DNA of 49,623 nucleotides, from sequence record SRR22947725_3046, one strand, 5' to 3'. The notes below the pieces were generated by a model. That model saw only the letters and a list, made by a program, of their open reading frames with translations. It did not search any database and had not been told where the DNA came from. Position 1 is the stretch's first letter, and each line of letters opens with the position of its first letter. Below are positions 19,553 to 27,851 of this stretch, piece after piece. A program made the position numbers and the translations under genes.

Positions 19553-20047
19553 ATGCAACCAGTAACATACAAATACGTCTCCACTAAGGAGTATCACGAT
19601 GAGTTTCCATGTGCATATAGACAATTCCGTGCTGACTCGCACTGTAATCTAATCCACGGATACTCTTTTAACATGAAGTTCTACTTTGGTACTAACAATC
19701 TAGATGCACGCAACTGGTGCGCGGACTATGGAGGCTTGAAGGAGTTAAAGGCTATTCTAAAGGATCAGTTCGATCACACTCTTCTTGTAGCAGAAGATGA
19801 TCCAGAGATGGAGACATATAAACTGCTTGAGCAAAAGAAGATGGCTCGCTTAACTATCCTTCCTAAGTTAGGATGTGAAGGCCTTGCTGATCAACTGTAC
19901 CGTTTTGTTAATGGTGTTTATATTCCTGATTACTGGGGTCAAGCAGAAGCTGAACGTCTGTGGTGCTTCCGAGTAGAGGTACGTGAGACACAATCTAATA
20001 TGGCTTTCCGTGAAGGTCATCGCGAGTGGGATGAAGAGCTTATATGA
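19553..20047 (+). CDS. queD: 6-carboxytetrahydropterin synthase
   Basis: C..IHGY, DYGGLK.LK, FDHT, V.V.ET; adjacent to queE. Confidence 0.88.
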   Translation: MQPVTYKYVSTKEYHDEFPCAYRQFRADSHCNLIHGYSFNMKFYFGTNNLDARNWCADYGGLKELKAILKDQFDHTLLVAEDDPEMETYKLLEQKKMARLTILPKLGCEGLADQLYRFVNGVYIPDYWGQAEAERLWCFRVEVRETQSNMAFREGHREWDEELI

Positions 20048-20484
20048 GTTTTGAAGTTGAGATGCCAGTATTTGAAAAAGTTTGCTGGTGTGATTATAAT
20101 GTAATGGTTCATGACTTAGCTCGTAAGATAAAACAAAATAAGCGAGGAGTGCCCAAGCAAATAGTTGCTCTTGGCCGTGGAGGCTTTGTGCCTGGTGTAC
20201 AGCTATCTCATATGCTCGATTTGCCTCTGATCCCTATTATGTGGCAGACCCGTGATGGGAAAGACAAGGCTAAACATATTGCTGATGAGCACGCACTCAT
20301 TGTTGACGATATTAACGACACTGGTCGTACCTTGTTAGACTTTGTTAGCTCCAATGTTTGGAATGACTCGTATAGTGTAGCTACTTTATTGCACAAGAAT
20401 AGTAGTGATTTTCATGCTGTTGATTATTTTGCTCAAATAGCGGAAGATGACGTTTGGTATGTGTTCCCTTGGGAGAAAAAATGA
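20044..20484 (+). CDS. purine (xanthine/guanine-type) phosphoribosyltransferase
   Basis: RGG..P, PRPP-binding loop LIVDDINDTGRT, W.VFPWE C-terminus. Confidence 0.88.
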   Translation: MSFEVEMPVFEKVCWCDYNVMVHDLARKIKQNKRGVPKQIVALGRGGFVPGVQLSHMLDLPLIPIMWQTRDGKDKAKHIADEHALIVDDINDTGRTLLDFVSSNVWNDSYSVATLLHKNSSDFHAVDYFAQIAEDDVWYVFPWEKK

Positions 20485-21173
20485 GATTTAGTGATAAGAT
20501 TCGTGAACGGTTGGAGAAGGCCGGTCGGCGTTATTGGGCTGGCGATAACATCAGTGACTTTATTGGTGAGGATGAGTTAGAGGATCTGATTGATGAGGCT
20601 GAGCTTGCCTTTGAGGATGTACTTACCGCCTTAGTAATTGATCCCGAAGATCCTAACAGTGCGGACACTCCTCGTCGTCTAGCCAAGATGTATATCAACG
20701 AGCTCATGGAAGGACGGTATCATGCACGTCCTCGCGTAGCTGCATTTCCTAACGATAACTCTGAAGACCGATACACAGGCATGCTTGTAGTACGAGCAGA
20801 GTTAAAGTCTATGTGTTCGCATCATCACCAGCCAGTACGTGGCACCGCCTACATCGGAATCATTCCTGGTGTACAAGTAATTGGTCTGTCTAAGTATGCA
20901 CGTATTGCTCAGTGGTGTGCTCGTCGTGGTACTTTGCAAGAAGAGCTTACTCGTAACATTGCAGATGAGATTATGATGGCTACTGGTAGTGAGGACGTAG
21001 GCATATACATTCAAGGTACTCACGGTTGTATGGAAAACCGAGGTGTGTGCGCTCACTCATCTTTGACTCAGACTTGTGTGCTACGTGGTCAGTTCTATAG
21101 CGCTTCTATCAAGGAAGAGTTCTACAACAACATCAAGCTGCAGCAAGGCGCAGTCGCCAATGCAGTCGGATGA
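20481..21173 (+). CDS. folE: GTP cyclohydrolase I
   Basis: TP.RLAKMY, SMCSHHHQP, GLSK.AR, LQE, H.CM..RG. Confidence 0.95.
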   Translation: MRFSDKIRERLEKAGRRYWAGDNISDFIGEDELEDLIDEAELAFEDVLTALVIDPEDPNSADTPRRLAKMYINELMEGRYHARPRVAAFPNDNSEDRYTGMLVVRAELKSMCSHHHQPVRGTAYIGIIPGVQVIGLSKYARIAQWCARRGTLQEELTRNIADEIMMATGSEDVGIYIQGTHGCMENRGVCAHSSLTQTCVLRGQFYSASIKEEFYNNIKLQQGAVANAVG

Positions 21174-21429
21174 CATACGAGATATCCTAGGTAAGGATAC
21201 ACTCCACAAGATATTCAACAATCGTTACTTAAATCAAAAACTACTTGTCGATGTACCAGACGGCATCTATGATCATGTTTCGAAACAAGGTCTTGGTTGG
21301 CGTATGGTTTACATCGACAAGTTCATGACTTATATTATCTCCAGTAGTTGGATAGAAAAAGGTGGACCTTGTGATCTACCTGATGTAATATGTAAACCTA
21401 CATTTGGAACTTTTCCGGAGCTGCCGTGA
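21160..21429 (+). CDS. hypothetical protein
   Basis: ATG 21160 overlaps the folE end and the ORF fills the gap. Confidence 0.5.
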   Translation: MQSDDIRDILGKDTLHKIFNNRYLNQKLLVDVPDGIYDHVSKQGLGWRMVYIDKFMTYIISSSWIEKGGPCDLPDVICKPTFGTFPELP

Positions 21430-21504
21430 TTGTTAATATTTTACTTATAGCTGTAATGACTGTATTTGCCGTATCTGCTTTAGCAAACGCATACGAGAAA
21501 TCTA

Positions 21505-21852
21505 ATGATAGAATCAAGTAAGTATATTTGGGTAACCTATCAGAAAGAAGGTATCCACTGTTACCCTGATGCACCAGCAGGGGTAGAGTTTCTTAGACAC
21601 CCACATCGTCATACTTTTCACTTTAAAGTTGAGATTGAGGTGTTTCACGATGACAGAGATATTGAGTTTATCTTGTTTAAGAGAGAGCTTGAAAACCTGT
21701 ACGAGGAAGGCACTTTACAACTGAATCACAGATCATGTGAGATGATGGCCGATGATTTAGCTGACTACATTTTGGTGAATTATCCCAATCGTAAACTTAC
21801 GATTACTGTGAGCGAAGACGGAGAAAACGGAGCGACTTGTTATTATGATTGA
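21505..21852 (+). CDS. QueD-like T-fold protein, DpdL-like (putative CDG decarboxylase)
   Basis: LRHPHRHTF (LxxxHRHxF), DRDIEF, SCEM.A, VSEDGENG; second T-fold protein in a deazaguanine cluster. Confidence 0.65.
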   Translation: MIESSKYIWVTYQKEGIHCYPDAPAGVEFLRHPHRHTFHFKVEIEVFHDDRDIEFILFKRELENLYEEGTLQLNHRSCEMMADDLADYILVNYPNRKLTITVSEDGENGATCYYD

Positions 21853-22678
21853 GTTCGCACATATAGTTCCAACACCACATCTTGATCTAGTTAAAGATCG
21901 TAGGACCCATTTACTACTTGCTCATCTTGTTGAGGATGATGCGGACTATGTTAAGTTCTACGTTGATCTAAAGAAGAATAATCGAGGCCTGACTTACATC
22001 CTGGACAACAGTGCATTTGAGATGTACAAGCAGGGTCGTCAGATGTACCCATCTAATAAGTTGATTGAGATGGGTGAGAAGATCGATGCGGACTACATTG
22101 TAATGTCTGACTATCCTGGTGAGTCGGGTCAGCGTACTATTAGTGCAGCTTGCTTCATGGCACCTCAGTTACGTGAAGCTGGGTTCGGTACTTTCTTTGT
22201 ACCACAGTCTGATATTGGTAACATCCGAGATTACCTTGAAACGTGTATGTGGGCATCGAGAATACAACACGTAGACTACATTGGTGTTTCTATCCTTGGC
22301 GTACCCAATGCTTATGGAGTAGAGAAGGACAATAAGCTACAGCGATTTGTTAGTCGGTGGAAAGTACTGACAAAGCTAACACGCATGGGTTTTTTTGGTA
22401 ACGTAGTAATGAATAAGAAGAAGATCCATATGCTTGGCATGGTTGATGGGCCCAATGAGATTGATTTAGTTAAGCACTTCCCGATCGATACTTGGGATAG
22501 CAGTGCTGGTGTGTGGACCGGTCTTAATGGTATAAGGTTTGATGGATCACCTACTGGTTTGATCAATGGAAAGTTTGAGAAAGAAGTTGACTTTAATTTC
22601 CATACCGATGATACTAGCCTGGTGAATACAGCACTTGATAATATGGCATACATTGACAGGCTTTGTTCTAATGAGTGA
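21845..22678 (+). CDS. DpdA/TGT-like guanine transglycosylase
   Basis: ILDNSAFE (TGT DSG-equivalent), HMLG, DTWDSS motifs; cluster context. Confidence 0.7.
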   Translation: MIEFAHIVPTPHLDLVKDRRTHLLLAHLVEDDADYVKFYVDLKKNNRGLTYILDNSAFEMYKQGRQMYPSNKLIEMGEKIDADYIVMSDYPGESGQRTISAACFMAPQLREAGFGTFFVPQSDIGNIRDYLETCMWASRIQHVDYIGVSILGVPNAYGVEKDNKLQRFVSRWKVLTKLTRMGFFGNVVMNKKKIHMLGMVDGPNEIDLVKHFPIDTWDSSAGVWTGLNGIRFDGSPTGLINGKFEKEVDFNFHTDDTSLVNTALDNMAYIDRLCSNE

Positions 22679-23006
22679 GAAGTTTAGATTTAATGAAGAT
22701 CAGATTCTAGCCCAAGCATTAACTTATCTTGAGTCTACCTACGCTGGTCACTATGTTGGTGAGTTAGCAGGCCAAGAGCAGAATAACATCCAAACGATTG
22801 ACGTATGGCAGACTCTTGGGTCTGTCGATACTACGTGTCGGGATACTGCTATCAAGTACTTAATGCGGTACGGTAAGAAGGAAGGACACAATAAGAAGGA
22901 TTTGCTCAAAGCAATCCACTATATTGTTTTATTATGGTATTTTACACAGGATACATTTGATGATGATTCATCTAGCATCACCAAGCTCGAAATCGTTACT
23001 AAGTGA
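22671..23006 (+). CDS. DUF3310-like conserved phage protein
   Basis: TY..HY, AIKYL.RYGKK.G.NK.DLLKAIHY. Confidence 0.75.
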   Translation: MSEKFRFNEDQILAQALTYLESTYAGHYVGELAGQEQNNIQTIDVWQTLGSVDTTCRDTAIKYLMRYGKKEGHNKKDLLKAIHYIVLLWYFTQDTFDDDSSSITKLEIVTK

Positions 23007-23481
23007 GTTTGACGACGATCAAGTACAGCCTAATGCCATTGACCTGAGAGTTGATAAGATATTTCAATCTTATAGTCAAGTCTTTGTTATTAGTGAAGAA
23101 GAAAAGTCTCACCGAGAAACTGAGGAGATTAAACCTACCAAGTTAGTGAACCAGTCAGCTATAGATGATTGGTGGAGACTTGAAGTTGGTAGTTACGAAA
23201 TTATTATGCAGGGTATAGTAACTTTAGCCGACGATGAAGCTGGGTGGGTCATCACTAGATCATCTCTCAATCGCAACGGATGCTTTATTACATCCGGTTT
23301 ATACGATTCTGGGTATAGCGGTGTCATGGCTGGTGTACTGCATGTCAATAACGGCCCAGTAAGAATCAAACGCGGTACTCGTGTAGGACAATTCTTATTA
23401 TTTAAAGCTGAAGCGCTGAATCAGTATGATGGTGATTACGGTATCGGTAAGCAGCACGATCAAAAGTATGGAGAAAGTTAA
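22960..23481 (+). CDS. trimeric dUTPase/dCTP deaminase family protein
   Basis: QPNAIDLR, RSSL.R.G, YDSGYSG, G.RVGQ, Y.G.Y. Confidence 0.85.
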   Translation: MMIHLASPSSKSLLSEFDDDQVQPNAIDLRVDKIFQSYSQVFVISEEEKSHRETEEIKPTKLVNQSAIDDWWRLEVGSYEIIMQGIVTLADDEAGWVITRSSLNRNGCFITSGLYDSGYSGVMAGVLHVNNGPVRIKRGTRVGQFLLFKAEALNQYDGDYGIGKQHDQKYGES

Positions 23482-24329
23482 TGGAAGTTGAAGTTAGTAT
23501 TGAAGAGCTGCGCAAGCGAAAACTAATGGTATGTACTCCAATGTACGGAGGTATGTGTGCTGGTACTTACACTAAGTCGTCTACCGACCTTGCACAGGTA
23601 GCTGCAAAGTATGGAGTGGAGTTGGTATTCTTTTATCTGTTTAACGAGTCGTTGATTACACGAGCTCGTAACTACTGCGTCGATACATTCATGCGGTCGG
23701 ACTGCACGCACATGATCTTCTTGGACAGTGACATTGGATTTGATTATAATGATGTGCTTGCTATGCTTGCTTTAATGAGCGATGATAGCGATTACGATAT
23801 TATGTGTGCTCCTTATCCTAAGAAGACAATTGCTTGGGAGAAGATCAAGGATGCTGTCGATCGTGGATACGCTGACGATAATCCAAACGAACTTGACAAC
23901 TTCGTTGGGGACTTTGTATTCAATCCTGCAGCAGGTGCTGGTACTTTCCAACTTAACGAACCTGTAGAGGTACTAGAAGGTGGTACAGGTTTTATGATGA
24001 TACAGCGACGAGCGTTTGAAAAGTTTGATGAAGCATACCCACAACAAAAGTATCTACCTGATCACGTACGTACAAAGGAGTTTGATGGTAGCCGCGAGAT
24101 CATGGCCTACTTTGATACGGTTATTGATGAAGAGAGCAAGCGTTACTTGTCTGAAGACTATATGTTTTGTCAGTGGGCCCGTAAGGCGGGTATCAAGGTT
24201 TGGTTGTGTCCGTGGATGAAAACTAACCACATGGGTTCGTATTTCTTTGGAGGATCGTTAATCCACCTGGCTCAGATTGGAGCATCGGCTACTGTTGATG
24301 TCAATAAGGTTAATAAGGTTAAGCGATGA
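23481..24329 (+). CDS. GT-A (GT2-like) glycosyltransferase
   Basis: NESLITRARN, FLDSDI (DxD), YPKK, GTGFM.I.R, LSEDY.FC. Confidence 0.75.
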   Translation: MEVEVSIEELRKRKLMVCTPMYGGMCAGTYTKSSTDLAQVAAKYGVELVFFYLFNESLITRARNYCVDTFMRSDCTHMIFLDSDIGFDYNDVLAMLALMSDDSDYDIMCAPYPKKTIAWEKIKDAVDRGYADDNPNELDNFVGDFVFNPAAGAGTFQLNEPVEVLEGGTGFMMIQRRAFEKFDEAYPQQKYLPDHVRTKEFDGSREIMAYFDTVIDEESKRYLSEDYMFCQWARKAGIKVWLCPWMKTNHMGSYFFGGSLIHLAQIGASATVDVNKVNKVKR

Positions 24330-24997
24330 AACTAACACAACGTACTTTCCAAGTTCTAAAGAACTTCTCTACCATCAACCCAACGTTGTGTGTATTAAAA
24401 GGCAATGTGATTCGCACTGTATCACAGAACAAGACCGTACTTGCGCAAGCTGTCGTACAGGAAGAGTTTCCACGAGAGTTTGCTATCTACGACCTCAGTG
24501 AATTTTTGGGTGTAGTGAGTCTGTTCGACGAACCGGACTTCAACTTTGACACCTACTACGTTTCAATAAGCGATGACAATAAAGCTAGCAGTCAGTACTT
24601 TTATGCTGACAAGTCAATGGTGACTGTACCACCTGACAAAGCAGTGACATTACCGGACGAGCCAATTAAGTTTGTACTTGGTGACAAAGTACTTAAGCAC
24701 CTACTGCAAGCTGCGTCTGTAATGGGTCTACCAGAGTTGAGTATTCAAGGCGATGGTGAAAATATCAAAGTACTTGCTACGAACACCAAGAACACTACAG
24801 CTCATCAGTTTTCATACGAGGTTGGTAAGACCAGCGAACAGTTTAAAATTGTGTTTAAAGTTGAAAACCTTAAGCTGATTGCAGGAGCATATGATGTTAC
24901 AATCTCTACTAAGAGATTAGCACAATTTACATTAACAGACGGATCACTGACATATTGGATTGCTATGGAAGGTTCGTCATACTTTGGAGGACAATAA
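24326..24997 (+). CDS. 45: sliding clamp gp45
   Basis: MKL...T..VLKNFSTIN, F.IYDL.EFL, ENLK...G.Y.V, Y.IA.E. Confidence 0.95.
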   Translation: MKLTQRTFQVLKNFSTINPTLCVLKGNVIRTVSQNKTVLAQAVVQEEFPREFAIYDLSEFLGVVSLFDEPDFNFDTYYVSISDDNKASSQYFYADKSMVTVPPDKAVTLPDEPIKFVLGDKVLKHLLQAASVMGLPELSIQGDGENIKVLATNTKNTTAHQFSYEVGKTSEQFKIVFKVENLKLIAGAYDVTISTKRLAQFTLTDGSLTYWIAMEGSSYFGGQ

Positions 24998-24999
24998 AG

Positions 25000-25152
25000 T
25001 TGGCTAAGAAGTTCGGGAGTAACATCCTGGGAGTAAATATGAACCGTGATGGTAACCATAAGCGTACCAGTATCGGCCGAGGTAAAGTAAAGACAAGTTC
25101 ACTGAACAAGTCTGCTAAGCGTAGTTTTAAGAAGTATCGCGGACAAGGTTAA
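25000..25152 (+). CDS. small basic protein with C-terminal KKYRGQG
   Basis: GGAGG RBS with TTG 25000; the K.YRGQG end is typical of a family in T4-like aquatic phages. Confidence 0.65.
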   Translation: MAKKFGSNILGVNMNRDGNHKRTSIGRGKVKTSSLNKSAKRSFKKYRGQG

Positions 25153-25231
25153 TTTTTTATTTTATTATGAGCGTATGTGATGGCTGCTGCCAAAGCTCTG
25201 GGGCGGTCACAACGATATGTGAGGTTACACG

Positions 25232-26182
25232 ATGAGCTCAACGAATGGACCTATTGACTTCCTTTGGTGCGAACGGTACAGACCGCAAACAATACAAGAT
25301 ACAATATTATCTGACGATCTTAAGCAAACATTTCAACAGTTTGTAGATCAAGATAACATTCCTAACCTATTGTTGTCTGGAGGTCCTGGTGTAGGTAAGA
25401 CTACTATTGCTCGTGCTATGTGTGAGCAGCTTAATGTCGACTACATTGTTATCAACGGATCGATGAATGGTAACATTGATACTCTTCGCACAGAGATCAA
25501 AGACTTCGCATCGACTATCTCTTTCACGGGTAACCGCAAGTATGTCATCCTCGATGAGGCTGACTACCTAAACCCACAGTCTACTCAACCTGCCCTTCGT
25601 AACTTTATGGAGGAGTATAGTAAGAACTGTGGGTTCATTCTTACCTGCAATTTCAAGAACCGTATTATTGATCCACTACACTCTCGTTGCAGCGTGATTG
25701 AGTTCAAGATAAATGGCAAAGACAAAGCCTCTATGGCTAGCCAGCTGTTTAAGCGTGTCAAAGCGATTCTAAGCGACGAACACGTCAAGTATGATCAGAA
25801 GGCCGTAGCTGAGCTTATCACCTTATACTTCCCGGATTTCAGGCGTATAATCAACGAACTGCAAAGGTACAGTGTTACCGGTAGTATTGATAGTGGTATT
25901 CTTGCTAACCACAGTAGTAACATACAAGACCTTGTTAGCATATTGAAAAACAAGAAGTTTGGTGATATGCGTAAGTGGATTGCAGATCACAAGGATATGG
26001 ATACGGCTCAGTTGTACAGGCAGCTGTATGATAATGCTTCACAATATGTCAAACCTCAAAGCATTCCACAGCTCGTAGTCACTTTAGCTGACTATCAATA
26101 CAAAGCTGCGTTTGTAGCTGATCACGAGATCAACAACGTAGCATGTATGACTGAACTTATGATGGAAGTAGAATGGATATAG
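25232..26182 (+). CDS. 44: clamp loader large subunit gp44
   Basis: LW.E.YRP, GPGVGKTT, DEADY, LHSRC, FPDFRR. Confidence 0.97.
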   Translation: MSSTNGPIDFLWCERYRPQTIQDTILSDDLKQTFQQFVDQDNIPNLLLSGGPGVGKTTIARAMCEQLNVDYIVINGSMNGNIDTLRTEIKDFASTISFTGNRKYVILDEADYLNPQSTQPALRNFMEEYSKNCGFILTCNFKNRIIDPLHSRCSVIEFKINGKDKASMASQLFKRVKAILSDEHVKYDQKAVAELITLYFPDFRRIINELQRYSVTGSIDSGILANHSSNIQDLVSILKNKKFGDMRKWIADHKDMDTAQLYRQLYDNASQYVKPQSIPQLVVTLADYQYKAAFVADHEINNVACMTELMMEVEWI

Positions 26183-26796
26183 ACGAGAGAGAAGTAAGCG
26201 TATGGCCGTTACGAGCTCGTCATGAGAATGAGCAAAATAGCTTCACGTACATTGATAACTTCTTTTCGGCCGAAGATTGTAAGATGATACAGCAATTAGT
26301 CGAAGCTGATCATGAGTTAGAATCCGCTGTGACTCGTGATCAAAAAATCTCCCCCGATATAAGAGTATCGCAGGTCGCGTGGATATCAATGCAAGATCCA
26401 CACTCAAAGCTGTATGAAAAGATTACAGGCAGCGTGATAGCTGCAAATCAACGGTTCTGGCACTTTAACTTATCAGATATAGAGACTATACAATATACTG
26501 TATACGATAGTAGCATCTCAACCAAATCAAGATATGACTGGCATCAAGATGATGGATTTAGTACGACGTGGAATAACAGTATCCGCAAGTTGTCGTTTGT
26601 ATGTCTTCTTACTGACCCTGAAGAATTTGAGGGAGGTGATCTTGAAATCATGGTAAGCGCTAAACCTGAACCGCTGCCGCAAGCGCAGGGAAAGATGCTC
26701 TTTTTTCCATCCCCAACAATGCACCGAGTATCTCCTGTAACATCTGGAGTTCGTAGGACATTAGTAGGATGGGTGCGAGGACCTTGTTGGTCATGA
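26173..26796 (+). CDS. 2OG-Fe(II) oxygenase (PKHD/P4H-like)
   Basis: YDWHQD, RKLS, FEGGDL, FPS...HRV.PVT.G.R..LV.W. Confidence 0.9.
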   Translation: MDIDEREVSVWPLRARHENEQNSFTYIDNFFSAEDCKMIQQLVEADHELESAVTRDQKISPDIRVSQVAWISMQDPHSKLYEKITGSVIAANQRFWHFNLSDIETIQYTVYDSSISTKSRYDWHQDDGFSTTWNNSIRKLSFVCLLTDPEEFEGGDLEIMVSAKPEPLPQAQGKMLFFPSPTMHRVSPVTSGVRRTLVGWVRGPCWS

Positions 26797-27206
26797 ACCC
26801 GTTTGACTATATAAACGCCATCAATTATACTAAGCAAGATATTATTACTCATAGTGATAATCCAGAGCTTGCCGAAAAGTTGTACCCGTCCTTTCTAGTT
26901 AACCGAGGACTATCATTCTTTATAGATACCGTATATCTCGCTAACGAGATGAACCGCTACCACCAGCTAGAAAACAAAATGCAGTTTGACTTTCTTATAA
27001 ATATCGTAAGAAAGAAGAAGCGTTATAGCAAGTGGTTTAAACCTCAACCAGATGAAGATGTCGAAGCTGTCATGGAATATTATGGATACAGCCTGGACAA
27101 AGCACGTCAGGTTGTAGGATTACTTACCCAAGACCAAATAACACAAATAAAAAAGAGTCATTATAAGGGTGGTTTGAATGACGGTAACAATAGATCAAAT
27201 GGTTGA
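26793..27206 (+). CDS. 62: clamp loader small subunit gp62
   Basis: PFDY.N.I, Y..F.VNR.LS, ANEMN, KKKRYSKW, YYGYS..KA. Confidence 0.93.
   Translation: MNPFDYINAINYTKQDIITHSDNPELAEKLYPSFLVNRGLSFFIDTVYLANEMNRYHQLENKMQFDFLINIVRKKKRYSKWFKPQPDEDVEAVMEYYGYSLDKARQVVGLLTQDQITQIKKSHYKGGLNDGNNRSNG
26996..27003 (+). promoter_or_regulatory. possible late promoter inside gp62, upstream of regA
   Basis: TATAAATA. Confidence 0.45.
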
Positions 27207-27576
27207 AGTGACACTACAGGATCAAGACGACTTTTTGAAGGTAAGGGAAACTCTTACCCGTATTGGCATTGCCTCACGTAAAGATAAAACTCTCTTCCAA
27301 TCTTGCCACATACTCCATAAGCAAGGCAAGTATTACATCGTACATTTTAAAGAGCTGTTTGGATTAGATGGCAAGCCGGCTAACTTCGATTCAGGAGACC
27401 TTGCACGTCGCAACACAATTGCAAATTTGTTAGCTGACTGGGGTCTTATTAGTTTAGTTGAACCAAACAAATCAAGTGAGCCAGTAGCTCCAATGTCACA
27501 GATTAAGATTATTCCTCACAAGGATAAAGATGAATGGACACTACAAGCGAAGTACACGATCGGAAGAAAGAAGTAG
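27178..27576 (+). CDS. regA: translational repressor RegA
   Basis: DDFLKVRETLTRIGIASRK, QSCHILHKQG.YYIVHFKELF.LDG, RRNTIA.LL.DWGL. Confidence 0.97.
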   Translation: MTVTIDQMVEVTLQDQDDFLKVRETLTRIGIASRKDKTLFQSCHILHKQGKYYIVHFKELFGLDGKPANFDSGDLARRNTIANLLADWGLISLVEPNKSSEPVAPMSQIKIIPHKDKDEWTLQAKYTIGRKK

Positions 27577-27725
27577 TGATCAATGAGTGGTTGAGTGAAA
27601 CCACAGACACGGTCATGAAGTATGTTGTCATAGAGAAGGTTGACGGTAGACCTTATCGTAGTCAACTATGTTCTACTATTGATGAGGCTACTAAAGTTCA
27701 ACAGCAGTGGCAAGGCTTGTTTTAG
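27576..27725 (+). CDS. small hypothetical protein
   Basis: GTG coupled to the regA stop; C-terminal part of the track ORF 27534..27725. Confidence 0.4.
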   Translation: MINEWLSETTDTVMKYVVIEKVDGRPYRSQLCSTIDEATKVQQQWQGLF

Positions 27726-27826
27726 TGACAAGCGAGCAGCATGCAGAAAAATTCTTGGAGATGTTTCCAGATTGCCCAAATCCAAAACATCATCCTAAGA
27801 TGTTTAATTACTATATAAATATGTAA
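27725..27826 (+). CDS. small hypothetical protein (33 aa)
   Basis: GTG start; ...FLEMFPDCPNPKHHPKMFNYYINM*. Confidence 0.45.
   Translation: MTSEQHAEKFLEMFPDCPNPKHHPKMFNYYINM
27814..27821 (+). promoter_or_regulatory. T4-type late promoter
   Basis: TATAAATA upstream of the lipoprotein gene. Confidence 0.6.
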
Positions 27827-27851
27827 ATATATTATTCCTTGAAAGGAGGAC

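Noticed and set aside
18645-22678. Interpreting the que genes as host tRNA queuosine or folate AMGs
   Set aside because: No queC/F/A/G in the window, and the DpdA-like and DpdL-like neighbours favour DNA modification; not formally excluded
25153-25231. Possible structured RNA upstream of gp44
   Set aside because: Only a weak, G-U-rich, ambiguous stem; not supportable without covariation
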